Of a DNA stretch of 36,676 nt, positions 23,025 to 34,810 are shown in pieces (within the stretch, counting starts at the first letter, position 1; each line of letters starts with the position of its first letter). The notes under the pieces were generated by a model. The model was not told the DNA's origin. It did not search any database and was given only the letters and a program-made list of their open reading frames with translations. Origin of the DNA: Chiloscyllium plagiosum (lineage: Eukaryota); NCBI RefSeq assembly GCF_004010195.1, contig NC_057719.1:422288-458963 (forward strand), given 5' to 3'. The position numbers were made by a program, and so were the translations under genes.

Positions 23025-23568
23025 GCTGTTATTCTACACATCCCCACACCGTGAAACCCTCGATTAGATTCCAATCTGTAATTCTGGGTTTGGTATCTTA
23101 TTATTTACATAAACCACCCAGTACTCCTTGATTAGATTCCAGTCTGTAACCCCCTCCTGGGTATCTGTTATTCTGTATGTAAACCACTCTAAACCCCTCG
23201 ATTAGATTCCAGGCTGTAACTCACTCCGGGGTATCTGTTATTTTATATGCAAACCACTCTGAACCCCTCGATTAGATTCCAGTCTGCAACTCACTCCCAG
23301 GTATCTGTTATTCTCTATATAAACTACCCTGAACCACTCGATTAGATTCCGGTCTGTAACTCCCTCCCAGGAGTCTGTTATTTTATATAAAAGCTACCCG
23401 GAACCCCTCGATTAGATTCCAGTCTGTAACTCCCTCCCGGGTGTCTGCTATTCTGTATATAAACCACCCCTAACCCCTCGATTAGATTCCAGTCTGTAAC
23501 TCCCTCCCAGGTATCTGTTATTCGTTATAAACCACCCCGAACCCCTCGATTAGATTCCAGTCTGTAAC
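23025..23568. repeat. 70-bp tandem repeat, about 8 copies, with one further unit at about 24095-24180
   Basis: attagattcc recurs at 23131, 23201, 23271, 23341, 23411 and 23481. Confidence 0.93.
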
Positions 23569-24090
23569 TAGGAAGTTGATGGCCTTATTGCTGAGCTGTT
23601 AATCCAGAGACCCAGGTAGTGTTCTGGGGCAGATGGTGGAATTTGAATTCGGGATTTAAGAGTCTAATGATGATCATGACACCATTGTCGGTTGTGAGAA
23701 AAGCCCATTTGCTTCACTAATGTCCTTTAGGGAACAAAGTTAAAAATCACACACCAGGTTATAATCCAACATGTTTATTTGAAACTATAAGCTTTCAAAG
23801 CGCTACTCTTTCGTCAGGTCACTAGCTAACTGATGTAGGAGCAGCGCTCCGAAAGCTAGTGCTTCCAAATAAACCTGTTGGATTGTAACCTGATGTTAGA
23901 TGGCTTTTAAACTTTCTACACCCCAAACCAACACTGGCACCTCTTTTAGGAAAGGAAACTGCAATCCTTAGCTACATGTGACTTCAGACCCACACAATGG
24001 GGTTGACTTTTAATTGCCCTCTCAGCAATTGGGGATGGGCAATAAATGGTGACCTAGTCAGCAATACCCAATCATGTAAATTAATTTTAA
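23569..24090 (+). mobile_element. Deu-type SINE inserted in the 70-bp array, itself interrupted by an inverted Penelope pair (about 23735-23943)
   Basis: SINE head and core are split at tttagggaa; tail gcaattggggatgggcaataaat. Confidence 0.65.
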
Positions 24091-24238
24091 GACATCCGCT
24101 CCCGGGTATCTGTTATTCTGTATATAAACCACCCCGAACCCCTCAATTGGATCCCAGTCTGTAGCTGTTATTCTACATAAAAAAGACTTGACCCCTCTGG
24201 TGGGTTTACAGTTCCTGTACTTGCTGACAATAACTTAC

Positions 24239-24407
24239 CTCCAGGTCGGTGTGTGGCCCTCCATCGCTGTGTAATTCTGTGCTGTCCAGCTGAATCGTTG
24301 TTTGCTGCAGCCAAGCATCAATACTGTCAATCTCTTGGAGGGTTTTCTCCCGCTCCCGGATCTCTGCTTCAATGTCCTGCCGATTGTTCTCGATTTTCTG
24401 TGCCAGA
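24239..24407 (-). CDS. SYNE2: Nesprin-2-like internal exon D (LAQKIENNRQDIEAEIREREKTLQEIDSIDAWLQQTTIQLDSTELHSDGGPHTDLE)
   Basis: ctcacag|T acceptor, GAG|gtaagt donor; 169 bp, phase 2 to 0. Resembles human LLQKVQKNKELVQTEIQERHSFTKEI. Confidence 0.88.
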
Positions 24408-24412
24408 CTGTG

Positions 24413-24645
24413 AGAACAAACCACCTGACTGAACATCAGAGACTCACAGGGTTGAAGGTGTGCAGCTGTGAGTGTGTGTGCGCCCCCTGAATTCAGCTCA
24501 GTCCCTGGAGGGGGGCTGAGGGAACGAGGGGAAAACCCTAGAACAAACCACCTGACTGAACATCAGAGACTCACAGGGTTGAAGGTGTGCAGCTGTGAGT
24601 GTGTGTGCGCCCCCTGAATTCAGCTCAGTCCCTGGAGGGGGGCTG
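24413..24645. repeat. Perfect 106-bp direct duplication (24413-24518 and 24540-24645) abutting the exon D acceptor
   Basis: Identical agaacaaaccacctgactgaac...cctggaggggggctg, period 127. Confidence 0.92.
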
Positions 24646-25324
24646 TCAGTAATAAGTAAATAGTTCCCCGCTCCCTGCCAAAAAAACAATAAGGGCCTTA
24701 ATCCCTTTCCAATTAGGCAAGGAATAAACAAGACCCATCAACTGTATCCAGTCTGCACTGGATTAGAGTGTGAGCTTTCGGATAATGGAAAACAGTTACA
24801 GTCACTGGCAAAGTGGAGATAGGGAGTCAGACAGGAGACAAAAACATTTCACAGTGTGAGAGGTCAATGTAGGGTGGTGGAGGATGGGCTGTAGTCATAC
24901 ACGGTGGTCCCTTTGCTGTCTGAGGTGACACAACAGCTGTTGTCATTAGCCCCCTGCACTCACAGGCTCAAGCTGAGAAATTATAGACTTTTATTTAGTG
25001 TTTTGTGGAGTGTGGGTGTCTCTGGCTGGGCCAACATTTACTGTCCATCCGCAGTTACCCTGGAAGCAGTGGTGCTGAGCTGCCTGTTTGAACTGCAGCA
25101 GTGATAGGATGTTCAGAGCACTGCACCATGGGCAGTACCACAGACACTGCTGTTCTGAAATGGCAGGCATACTGAGACCAATTCCATCGTAAACACCCCT
25201 CCCACTCCAACTCCCAGAACTACCAACAGAGGTGAGAGTTGGGATCCTGCTTTGTCTCACACCCCAGCAGCACAAACAAAACGAGATAAAGCCAGTGATA
25301 AAGCCAGGGCCATTCCTGCCTCAC

Positions 25325-25584
25325 CTCTGGCATCGCTCCTCCATCATTCGCAATTCCTGAAGGACAGGTACGGCTGGAGCTGAGTCCGATGGCTCCTGAA
25401 CATTGAGAACACGGGCCACACGCTGGAACAGAAGGCCCAGGGTTGATTGTTGTTGGGTCAGATCACCATGGTAACGGCTGGCGTACTCCTCCAGCCCCAA
25501 GAGCTCAGCCATTGGAGCCTGTTGCCGCAGATGATCAGGCAGGTCATCCTGAAGGTGGTCCAGGATAATCATCGCACGATCAAT
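25325..25584 (-). CDS. SYNE2: Nesprin-2-like internal exon C (IDRAMIILDHLQDDLP...QQSTLGLLFQRVARVLNVQEPSDSAPAVPVLQELRMMEERCQ)
   Basis: ttcag|ATT acceptor, AG|gtgagg donor; 260 bp, phase 0 to 2. Resembles recalled human nesprin-2 QQLLLTLLLQRIRSIQNVPESSGAVETVPAFQEITSMKERCN. Confidence 0.88.
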
Positions 25585-25911
25585 CTGAACGCAGAAAGGA
25601 AAGCGAAACTTCATTAACATAGCCACCAATGTGTCAGCACTTCCTGAAGCACTTCAGTGCCAACCAAATACTTTCTTAAAATGTAGTCACTGCCATAGGA
25701 AACGCAGGAGGCAATTTGTGCACAGCAGGATTCCACGCGGGACAAAATGGGATTGGATAATTTGGGACATTGCTCAGATTAATGATGGTCAGAATCTTGT
25801 GGGGAACTCTCTAGACTCTTCTTACAGTCATGATCGTGAGACATTTGTCAACGAAAAATAATCTTGGTTTAGTGCTGACCTATTTACATTTGAAAAAAGC
25901 CAACTCCTACT

Positions 25912-26580
25912 GTAGAGCACTCCCTCAGCACTGACCCTCTGACAGTGCGGCACTCCCTCAGCACTGACCCTCACTCTCTCAGTACTGACTCTTGACAGTG
26001 CAGCACTCCCTCAGCATTGAACCTCCAACAGTGCAGTGCTCCCTCAGTACTGACCCTCCAACAGTGCGGCACTCCCTCAGTACTGACCCTCCAACAGTCG
26101 CACTCCCTCAGTACTAACCCTCCGACAGTGCGGCGTTCCCTCAGCACTGACCCTCAGACAGAGCAGCGCTCCCTCAGCATTGACCCTCCGACAGTGCGAC
26201 GCTCCCTCAGCACTGACCCTCCAACAGTGTGGCACTCCCTCAGTACCGACTCTCCGAAAGTTTGGCTCTCCCTCAGCATTGACCCTCCGACAGTGTGGCT
26301 CTCACTCTGTACTGACCCTCCAACAGTAGCACTCTCTCAGCACTGACCCTCCGACAGTGCGACGCTCCCTCAGCACTGACCCTCCAACAGTGCGGCACTC
26401 CCTCAGTACTGACCCTCCAACAGTAGCACTCCCTCAGTACTAACCCTCCGACAGTGCGGCGTTCCCTCAGCACTGACCCTCAGACAGAGCGGCGCTCTCT
26501 CAGCACTGACCCTCCGACAGTGCGACGCTCCCTCAGCACTGACCCTCCAACAGTGTGGCACTCCCACAGTACTGACTCTC
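25912..26580. repeat. 33-bp minisatellite (cactccctcagcactgaccctccgacagtgcgg)n
   Basis: Direct repetition; same family at 36467-36676. Confidence 0.93.
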
Positions 26581-26689
26581 GCTTACTGAAGCCAACCCTG
26601 CTGGTTCAGTTTATACTGGATCACTGGCCTATGTTAGAACAGTGACCTGAGTGCTGTGAGATTTCCAGCACTCATCCACCTATTTTTTT

Positions 26690-28180
26690 TTAAAGCTTTC
26701 AAGGCTTCCTGCCTCTACTGCCCTCCAAGGCATTGCTTTCCAGAAAGGTTTCCACAAATCCCTGTTAAACCTCCCGTTCTTCTCTTTAAACTCATGATCC
26801 CTTATCATTGACCTTCATATAAGGGGAACAACTGCTTTCTATTCATCCAGTCCAATGCCATCATAATCGTACACACCTCTATTGTGGGCCCCCTCAACTT
26901 TCTTTATTCTAAGGAAAACAAGCCGAGCTTATCCAGTCTCTCTTTATCGCTAAACTGCTCCATTCCCGGCAACATCCTGGTGAATCTCCGCTGTCCCCCC
27001 TCCTCCAGTGTAATCCCATCCTTCCTATAGTGAGTGTGGGGACCAGAACTGCCCACAGTGCTCCAGCTGTGGCCTCACCAAAGTCCTGTACAGCTCCAAC
27101 ACCACCTCCCTGCTCTTATCATATCTCCTTGACTGATAAAGGCTAGTAGCTGAAAATGTGTTGCTGGAAAAGCGCAGCAGGTCAGGCAGCATCCAAGGAA
27201 CAGGAGAATCGACGTTTCGGGCATAAGCCCTTCTTCAGGAAGGGCTTATGTCCGAAACGTCGATTCTCCTGTTCCTTGGGTGCTGCCTGACCTGCTGCGC
27301 TTTTCCAGCAACACATTTTCAGCTCTGATTTCCAGCATCTGCAGCCCTCACTTTCTCTCTGATAAAGGCTAATATCCCATACATCTTCTTAACTATCGTA
27401 ATATTGTATCCTGCCACCTTCAGGGATCTGTGGACAAGCTGCCCAAGATCCCAGTGTCACTCTCAGATTCCCAATGTCCCTCTGAGATTCCCAGTGTCCC
27501 TCTGAGATTCCCAGTGTCCTGTCCTTCATTGAATGCTCCCTTGTCTTGTTGCTTCTTCCAAAGTGCATCACCTCACAGTGATCAGGGTTAAACTCCATCT
27601 GCCACTGATCTTCCATCTGACCAATCCGTTTGTATCCTCCTGTAACCTAACACCTTCCTCCTCCCTGTCAGCCACTCAGGAAGAGAAAGTGAGGAGTGCA
27701 GATGCTGGAGACGAGTCGAAGAGTGTGGTGCTGGAAAAGCACAACAGGTCAGACAGCCTCCGAGGAGCAGGAGAATTGATGCTTTGGGCCTAAGCCCTTA
27801 ATCTAAAAGTCGATCCTCCTGTTCCTCGGATGCGCCTGACCAGCTAACCTTTTTACAGTACCACACTCTTTGACACTGTCACCCAATCAGCCAGTATTTG
27901 CATCATCTACAAACTTACTTATCACCCTCTTCCCCACATTCCCATCTCCATTGTTTATGAATAGCACAAACAATAAGGGACACAGCACTGTTCTTGTGGT
28001 ACACCCACTGCAGACCGAGCACCAGCCACACAAACACCACCCTCTGTCTCCTGTCACAAAGCCAATTTTGGACCAATTTCTTTTCTCTTGCCTACCTACC
28101 CTGACTCCCATGTGCTTTTATCTTCTTTATCAGTTTCCCATGTTGGACCTTGTCAAAGGCTTTGCTGAAATCCTTATGAA
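26690..28180 (-). mobile_element. Decayed CR1 ORF2/3' region carrying two Penelope inverted-pair insertions
   Basis: WQMEFNPDHCEVMHFGRSN (27389-27616); SKFVDD (27887-28111). Confidence 0.8.
27146..27358. mobile_element. Palindromic Penelope pLTR pair (86-bp arms) with 13-bp TSD
   Basis: Arms 27148-27233 and 27239-27324; ctgataaaggcta at 27133-27145 and 27359-27371. Confidence 0.88.
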
Positions 28181-28277
28181 GACACCAGCTTCCCCACCCT
28201 CATCGTGTCCTGGGTCGTTCCACATTGATGGCCCAGGTTGTGTAATAGGTGACACTGTTCCCACTGGTCATTGGTAC

Positions 28278-28487
28278 CTCTTCGTTGATGCTTTTCCATT
28301 CCTCCCTGAGGCCTGAGCAGCGTAGTTCTTGCTCTCTCGCCGAATCTCGGAGACAGAGCCAGTGGCCTGAGAGTGTGGACACAGCCTGGCTGGCTGATCC
28401 CTCATTGCTGGTCCCCTCCAAATCGTGGGCCTTGTCCTTCAATTCCAACACTTTCAGCTCAATGCAATCAATCTCTCTTCCCAACGC
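28278..28487 (-). CDS. SYNE2: Nesprin-2-like internal exon B (ALGREIDCIELKVLELKDKAHDLEG...HWLCLRDSAREQELRCSGLREEWKSINEE)
   Basis: Polypyrimidine tract plus aag|GCG acceptor, GAG|gtacca donor; 210 bp, phase 0 to 0; spectrin-repeat tryptophan pattern. Confidence 0.85.
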
Positions 28488-28659
28488 CTTCGATAAGCAA
28501 AGAAAACAGAAAATGTTAAAATGAGAAAACACCATCTCAGAGCTCACTTCTCTCCCCACCTTTCCGTTGCGAGAGTGATGCTGCAGTGGAAAGGGGTCAA
28601 TGAGAGGTACAGGCTGCACACACACACATCCCCTCAGTTCTGAGATTGAGATGTTGAGA

Positions 28660-29210
28660 ATAGAATCATAGGATTATCCAGCACGGAAACAGACCCTTCG
28701 GTCCAACCAGTCCATACCAACCATAATCCCAAAGTAAACTAGTCCCACTTGCCTGCGCTTGGCCCATATCCCTCCAAACATTTCTTATTCTGTACTTATC
28801 GAAATACCTTTTAAACATTGTAACTGAACCTGCATCCATCACTTCCTCTGGAAGTTGTTTCCAGATATAAACCACTCCCTGCGTAACAAATTGCGCCTCA
28901 TGTTTTTTATACATCTTTCTCCTCTCACCTTAAAAATGTATCCCATAGTCTTCAAATCCCCACCCTAGGGGAAAGACAGCTGTCATTCACCCTATCCATG
29001 CCCTGTACAATTTTAAAAATCTCAATAAAGTCACCTGTTAACCTCTTATGCTCCAGGGAAAAAAGTCCCAGCCTATCCAGCCTCTCCTTATAACTCAGAC
29101 CTTTTGTACCCAGCACCATCTTAGTAAATCTTTTCTCTCCAGCTTAATAATATCTTTCCTATAGCAGGGTCACCAGAACTGGACACAGTATTCCAGAAGA
29201 GGTCTCACCT
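28660..29210 (-). mobile_element. CR1 3' end
   Basis: gacccttcggtccaaccagtccatacc tail; ORF 28666-28914 VTQGVVYIWKQLPEEV. Confidence 0.82.
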
Positions 29211-29605
29211 CAAGAATGATTCATATTTTCACAGGGAAATAGAAAGAACTCCTTCCTCTGGTGAGAGAATGCAGGTTTGTTTCCACTGAGGCCTGGCATT
29301 TACAGACCTCAGGACTGACTCCAGTAAAGAGACTGGGTCAGGCATATTCCAGGTCAATGAGAAGACAAAGTTACCAGAAAGGTAAATGATGAAGAGGATA
29401 AAGGAGGCTACAGAGGAACAGAGAAGATTGGCTGAGTAGGTAAGAACATAGCAGATGGAATACAGTATGACAAAGTGTGAAGTTATACATTTCGGTATGA
29501 TCGTATGAATCAAGTGTAGAATTAATCCACTAGGCACATCAAGCCTACTCTGCTGTTCAATAAGATACAGCTGACCTGATTACTCCACATTCCTGTTTAC
29601 CCCAA

Positions 29606-30813
29606 TATAAAAACTGTGCCTTTTTATTTCATGTTTATAAAAAAACGGGGACTGAAATGAGAAAATGTTGTCTTGAAACCAGAGTTGGAGAGAGGCTGTA
29701 GTTTTGAATGCAAGTAATCTGAGCTCCAGCGCAGGCATCATGGAATCAGCTGTACAAACAAACAGCAATTAAAGTGTGAGCTGCAATTTTGAGCTGAGGA
29801 AATGTACAGGTACATCTTTTGCTGACATCAGGAGGTTGATTGGTCTATGGACTAGTGACCAGTTATTAATGACAAAGACTTTACTGCATGCCAACAACTG
29901 TGTGGTTTGGTTCGCAAGTAACTGAACAGTTTGAAGCTGGGAACAAGTTCCAGAGAGGGCGAAGTGTTCAGTTCTTTCCAGCTGAGGAGCAGTTTCTCTG
30001 TTCTGCGCAGTCAAAACTCTCTGTACACCTGAAGAAAACCAGTTTATCTTTCCTGAAAAAGTTGCTGTAAGCTGTGGCTTTCAACTGATAAGTCTGATTC
30101 CTTTTGAGAGAACCAACGAAGTTAGAGGGACCAAACAACCTATTCAATTTCTTAATTCTTACCGTCTTAAAGCATCTGGAATAAGATCATTGAAGCAACA
30201 TGTTAGCTAGGAGAAGAGTCACAAAGTTCATCTCAACACTGAACCTGGAATTAAAGACTGAACTGCTATTCCAGTCTTTCCCCTCCTAACTTATTTAACC
30301 CTGTCTGTTTGCACGTGTATGAGTGTGTGTGTGTGTGTGAGAGTGTGTGTATGTGTGCATGTGTGTGTGTGTCTTTGGTGCCTGTGCATATGTGTGTGTG
30401 TGTCTATGTGCAAGTGTGTGTGTATCTGTGTTTATGAGAATTTGTGTGTTTCTGTGTGCATGTGTGTGCATGTCTGTGTGTGCATGTGTGTGTGTGTCTG
30501 TGTGTCCATGTGTGTGTGTGTCTGTGTGCATGTGTGTGTGTGTGCGTGTCTGTGAGTGTGTTAGAAGACAATGGTTTCTAACAGGTTTCCTGTAGCTAGA
30601 GTCTAATTGCTTCCAATAAATAATGATTCAACTTCAGTATAAAATCCTGGTCTGTGCTTTGTATCAACTCAGGTCTGAAATTCAAATCAATTGAAACTTT
30701 AAAAATCTTTAACTTTTGTTAAGTTTCTAAAAACCTTTGAGCTTTGGTCTGATTAAAGACTCTGGGAATAGTGAGGCTCAATTCCAAACACATTACTCCA
30801 GTGAGTTGTAACA
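29606..30813 (+). mobile_element. Probable solo LTR (Gypsy-type) containing a (TG)n tract at 30315-30560
   Basis: Ends ...gttgtaACA; ccaa at 29602-29605 and 30814-30817 (4-bp TSD); AATAAA at 30615; interrupts a CR1 tail. The left end reads TA rather than TG. Confidence 0.5.
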
Positions 30814-30989
30814 CCAAGAATCTCCCCCCAGGTTTGATGATCAACAATCTATCCATCTTTGTCTTCAAAAACTCAGAGAGTCTGCTTCCACCACCTTTAC
30901 AGGAAGACAGTTCCAAAGACTCATGACTCTCCATGAGGTAAATTTCTCCTCGTTTCTGTTTTAAGTGGACATTATTTTTAAACCCCAGA

Positions 30990-31265
30990 ATCATAGATTC
31001 ATAGAATCCCTACCCTGGAGAAAGAGGTCATTCGGCCCACTGAGTCAGCACTGACCCTCCGAATGAAAGTCCAACCAAACCCAGCCTGACCCTATCCCAA
31101 TAACCATGGCTAATCCACCTAACCTGCACATCTTTGGACTGTGAAAGGAAACCACAGCACCTGGAGGAAACCCACGCAGACACGGGGGGAATGTGCAGAC
31201 TCTATTCCACTTGAAGATGGAATTGAACCCAGATCCCTGATGCTGTGGGGCAGGGCCAACCACTA
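30990..31265 (-). mobile_element. HE1-type SINE
   Basis: taatccacctaacctgcacatctttggactgtg...gaaacccacgcagacacgggg. Confidence 0.75.
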
Positions 31266-32269
31266 TCCCTAGATTCTCACATAAAGGAAGTATCGTCTCC
31301 AGATTAACTCAGTGAAGACCCCTCAGGATTGTATATGTTTCAGTCGAGTCACCTCTTACTGAAACTGCAGCAGATACAGGCCCAGCCTGGTCAACCTTTC
31401 CTCATAAGATAACCCGCCCATTCCTGGTGTTAGTCTGGTAAATCCTCTCCGAACTGCTTCCAACACATTCACATCCTTGCTTAAAGAAGGTGGTCAATAC
31501 TAACCTATCTGCACCTCTTTGCAGCTTCCTTATAACCTCTTCACAATTTACTTTCCTACCTATCTTTGTGTCATCAGCGCCTCACCCTCGACCTGATTTA
31601 CCAATTCATTTTGTTTTCATGGTCTTATAACTCCCCTTGGTTTTAAAGCTGACATATTAATCATAGAGCCACTCTTCTCTCCCTCAAATGGAATGTGAAA
31701 TTCAGGCAGATTATGACCACTGTTACCCAGCACTGCCTTTATTATGAGGTCAATAATTAATCCTATCTTGTTGCATAATACCAAGTCCAGTATAGCTGTT
31801 TGGCCCGAGAATGTACTATTTTAACAAAAAAACCTGAAAACATTCTACAAACTCCTCAGCTGCCTTTGCCCATTTGATCTTCCAGACAATATTCAGATTA
31901 AAGTTCCCCACCTTGCCTAAAGCTCCCCATCTTGCCTCTCTGACAGACTCCTATTACATCTTCCTGTATATACCATTGTACTGCATGATTACTGTTAGGG
32001 GCCTATATATCGCTCCCATAAGTCTTTCCTTGCCTTTTCTGTTTATCATCACTACCCAGAATGCTTCCACATCCTATATTCCTGAATTTAGGTCACCCCT
32101 CTCCATGTGCTAATGCCTTTATTAATGAACAGAATCATCCCTCCAATCTCTCAGGTAGCAGGGAAAATGGAAACATTTTTCAACACCCTGTGAGACTGGG
32201 ACATTTGGTACAATTCTGGACTCCTTACCTAAAGAAGCACATACCCAGTTTAGAGTGAGTGCTGGCTGC

Positions 32270-33050
32270 TGGGATAAATGGTTTGTCCGATGGAGAAAAT
32301 GTTGTGATTCATTTGGGAAAGTGCACTGATTCTCTAGCCCCTTGTTTCCATTTCCTGCCTTTTCAATTCCATCTCCCTTTCTCCTTTTTCTTTCTTCCCT
32401 TAGGAATTGTGTCTCCAGCTTTTCCATCTTTTCTTCATGCTCAAACGCTCCAACCAGTAACTGAATATCTCCTGACTGACGTTTCACTCCCTGGAGAACA
32501 AGGTCTCTTGGTATTTGTACTGAACCTAAGTATTGCAATGACATCAACCTTCTCAGCTTTAGCAGGCGAAGCCACACCCAGCGTAGGTGCCAACTCAGGT
32601 GATCTAGTTTTGGAAATTCATTTAAGACTGTCAGGGACAACTCGGCCAGCTGCTCCAAGTCCTTTGTCATTTCCAGGGCCGTTTCTTATTTGCAATACTG
32701 AACCTGGTGTTTACTTTTTCTTTAATATTTGTTAATATCACACCCAAATTCTCGTTATCAAAATAATTTGGCCACAAACACTGAAGCTCTTTTCACTAAC
32801 CACTTGGGAAAGTGTGCTGATTCACAAGCCTCACTACTTCCTAGGTCACCACAAAATCAATGAATGAATCAGAGCACACAGAGACCATGGTTTACCTGTG
32901 TGCTGGAATCAAGTTACCTGCAAAACACTAACCAGGTTCTTGTACCTAACAAGAACTATTTATTACAAATAAGCAAATTCTAAATATAAGTAAACAGCTA
33001 TAACTATCAACATATGGCTCTCCTTGTTAAAACCCTGACATACACTGTAA
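32270..33050 (-). mobile_element. Degenerate LTR-retrotransposon 5' region (gag N-terminus plus LTR remnant), possibly Gmr1-like Gypsy
   Basis: Frameshifted ELAPTLGVASPAKAEKVDVIAIL followed by an E/K/R-rich coiled coil (EHEEKMEKLETQFLREERKRRK); minus-strand AATAAA near 32958. Confidence 0.4.
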
Positions 33051-33340
33051 CAGGCACACACACACAGACACTCACACACACTCACACACTCACACACACA
33101 CTCTCTCACACACACATATATATAGACACTCTCTCACACACACGAGAGAAGTACAGTCACAGAGGAAGACTTTCAGACACAGGGAGAGACACACAGAGAT
33201 GTACAGACAAGACACAAAGAGACACTTATGCAGACACAGAGAGGTACACGCACAGACACAAGCTGAGACACAAGGAGAGAGGTACAGACAGAGGGAGAGA
33301 TACAGACACAGAGACAGTAACAAACACAGACAGATACAAA
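33050..33340. repeat. Degenerate (CA)n/(GA)n microsatellite
   Basis: Direct inspection. Confidence 0.88.
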
Positions 33341-33406
33341 TCCACGCTCATCCAGCTCCACCCACACTCTTGACTGAGGTGTGACACTATGGAAGAGGAT
33401 CTTTAC

Positions 33407-33551
33407 CGTCTGCCTTTCTGCTTGCTCAATGGCTGCTTTATACGAAGTCGGGATCTGTGCTGTGGAGGCTGTGAGGCTTGTCTCCAGACTGGCAAGGTGC
33501 TCTGTGAGTTGACGGCATCTTGTCACATGTTCTTTCAATTTCTCTGGGTAC
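33407..33551 (-). CDS. SYNE2: Nesprin-2-like internal exon A (YPEKLKEHVTRCRQLTEHLASLETSLTASTAQIPTSYKAAIEQAERQT)
   Basis: cag|G acceptor and ACG|gtaaag donor; 145 bp, phase 2 to 0; helical spectrin-repeat-like; phase joins exon B. Confidence 0.8.
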
Positions 33552-33683
33552 CTGTCCAAGAGCATAAATAATACCTGGCTTTTAACAAAATCCTGCCAAA
33601 GATAAATTACAGGGGAAGAGAGATTTATTGGCAGTTATCATTCAGAATTCTCCCTTTTACAGAAACAACCTGCATTCATAGGA

Positions 33684-34090
33684 CATGCCTTATGAAGAAC
33701 GGTCAAGGGAGCTAGGGCTCATTGGAGGGAAGAAGGATGAGAGGTGACTTGATCGAGGTGTACAAGATGTTGGGAGGCAGAGATAGAGTGAATAGCCAGA
33801 GACCTTTTCCCAGGAGGGAAATGTCTATCATGGGGAGCATAATTTTAATGTGATCGGAGGAAGGTTTAGGGGAAATGTCAGAGGTAGGTCCTTTACACAG
33901 AGAGTGGTGGGTGTGTGGAAAGCACTGCCAGCGGTGGGAATAGAGTCAGAGACATTAGGGACATCTTGGATAGGCACATGGATGATAGTAAAATGAAGGG
34001 TATGTAGGTTAGTCTGATCTTAGAGTAGGATAAAAGGCTGGCACAACAGCGAGAGCCGAAGGACCTGTACTGTGCTGTACTGTTCTACAT
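33684..34090 (+). mobile_element. CR1 3' end
   Basis: gagaggtgacttgatcgaggtgtacaag...tttacacagagagtggtgggtgtgtggaa...ctgtactgtgctgtactgttcta. Confidence 0.82.
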
Positions 34091-34469
34091 TCATACAGCA
34101 CATTATGAACACAGTCAGATCAGGGCTTTGCTTGACCAGGAGTCAGTGTCAGTCCACGAGCACAGTGGGGATGAGGGAACAGCATTTCCTATCAGTTAGA
34201 ACATTGGCACCAAGCAAACAGCACAGATAGAAACAGACATATGACTTTGATGAAATTTACCAGAGAGAAGTGCAAAGTGTGTTCTTGGTCAGAGAACATT
34301 TTTAAAGGGGATACAGGAAAAACTAAACTGAGGTTTGTGCAGGAAACAGGAGGAGGATTGGCCTAGTCAACACTTTGAGCTGCTCTGGTGCTTAACTACA
34401 TCACAGCTGATCTTCAATCTCAATGCTAGTTTTCCTGCACCCATCCATATCCCTTCATACCTTTTGACT

Positions 34470-34810
34470 GTTTCCATACATACAGACAAAGAAGGATACC
34501 ACTTTGACTGGGACAACACACCCACATCCTAGGACAGGCGAAACAAAGACATGCACAAAAATTCTAAGAGGCATGGCATTCTTACCAGAGCTCCATCAAT
34601 AAACACATCGATTTAGATCCCAACCACCTTCCCTTGAAAAAAAGAACCGGAAATGACATCACCTACCTTAACAATCCAAGACCTATAAATAGAGAGGTGG
34701 GACATACCACCAGCACTTCACTGGAGACTCTCGCTGATGATGTTGCCTAGTCATGATGACAAAACATCTGTAAACAAGCCTTCCAGCTCAGTGAGCTAAT
34801 TTACATACTT
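34470..34810 (+). mobile_element. Penelope-like element (third family), GIY-YIG C-terminus plus pLTR with decayed hammerhead at 34734
   Basis: HTDKEGYHFDWDNT...ILGQAKQRHA...LEAWHS...SINKHID; CTGATGA-tgttgcc...tgac-aaaacatc. Confidence 0.68.

Noticed and set aside
23025..26580. Regular 33- and 70-bp arrays superficially resembling CRISPR
   Set aside because: Head-to-tail repeats without unique spacers, no cas genes, eukaryotic context.
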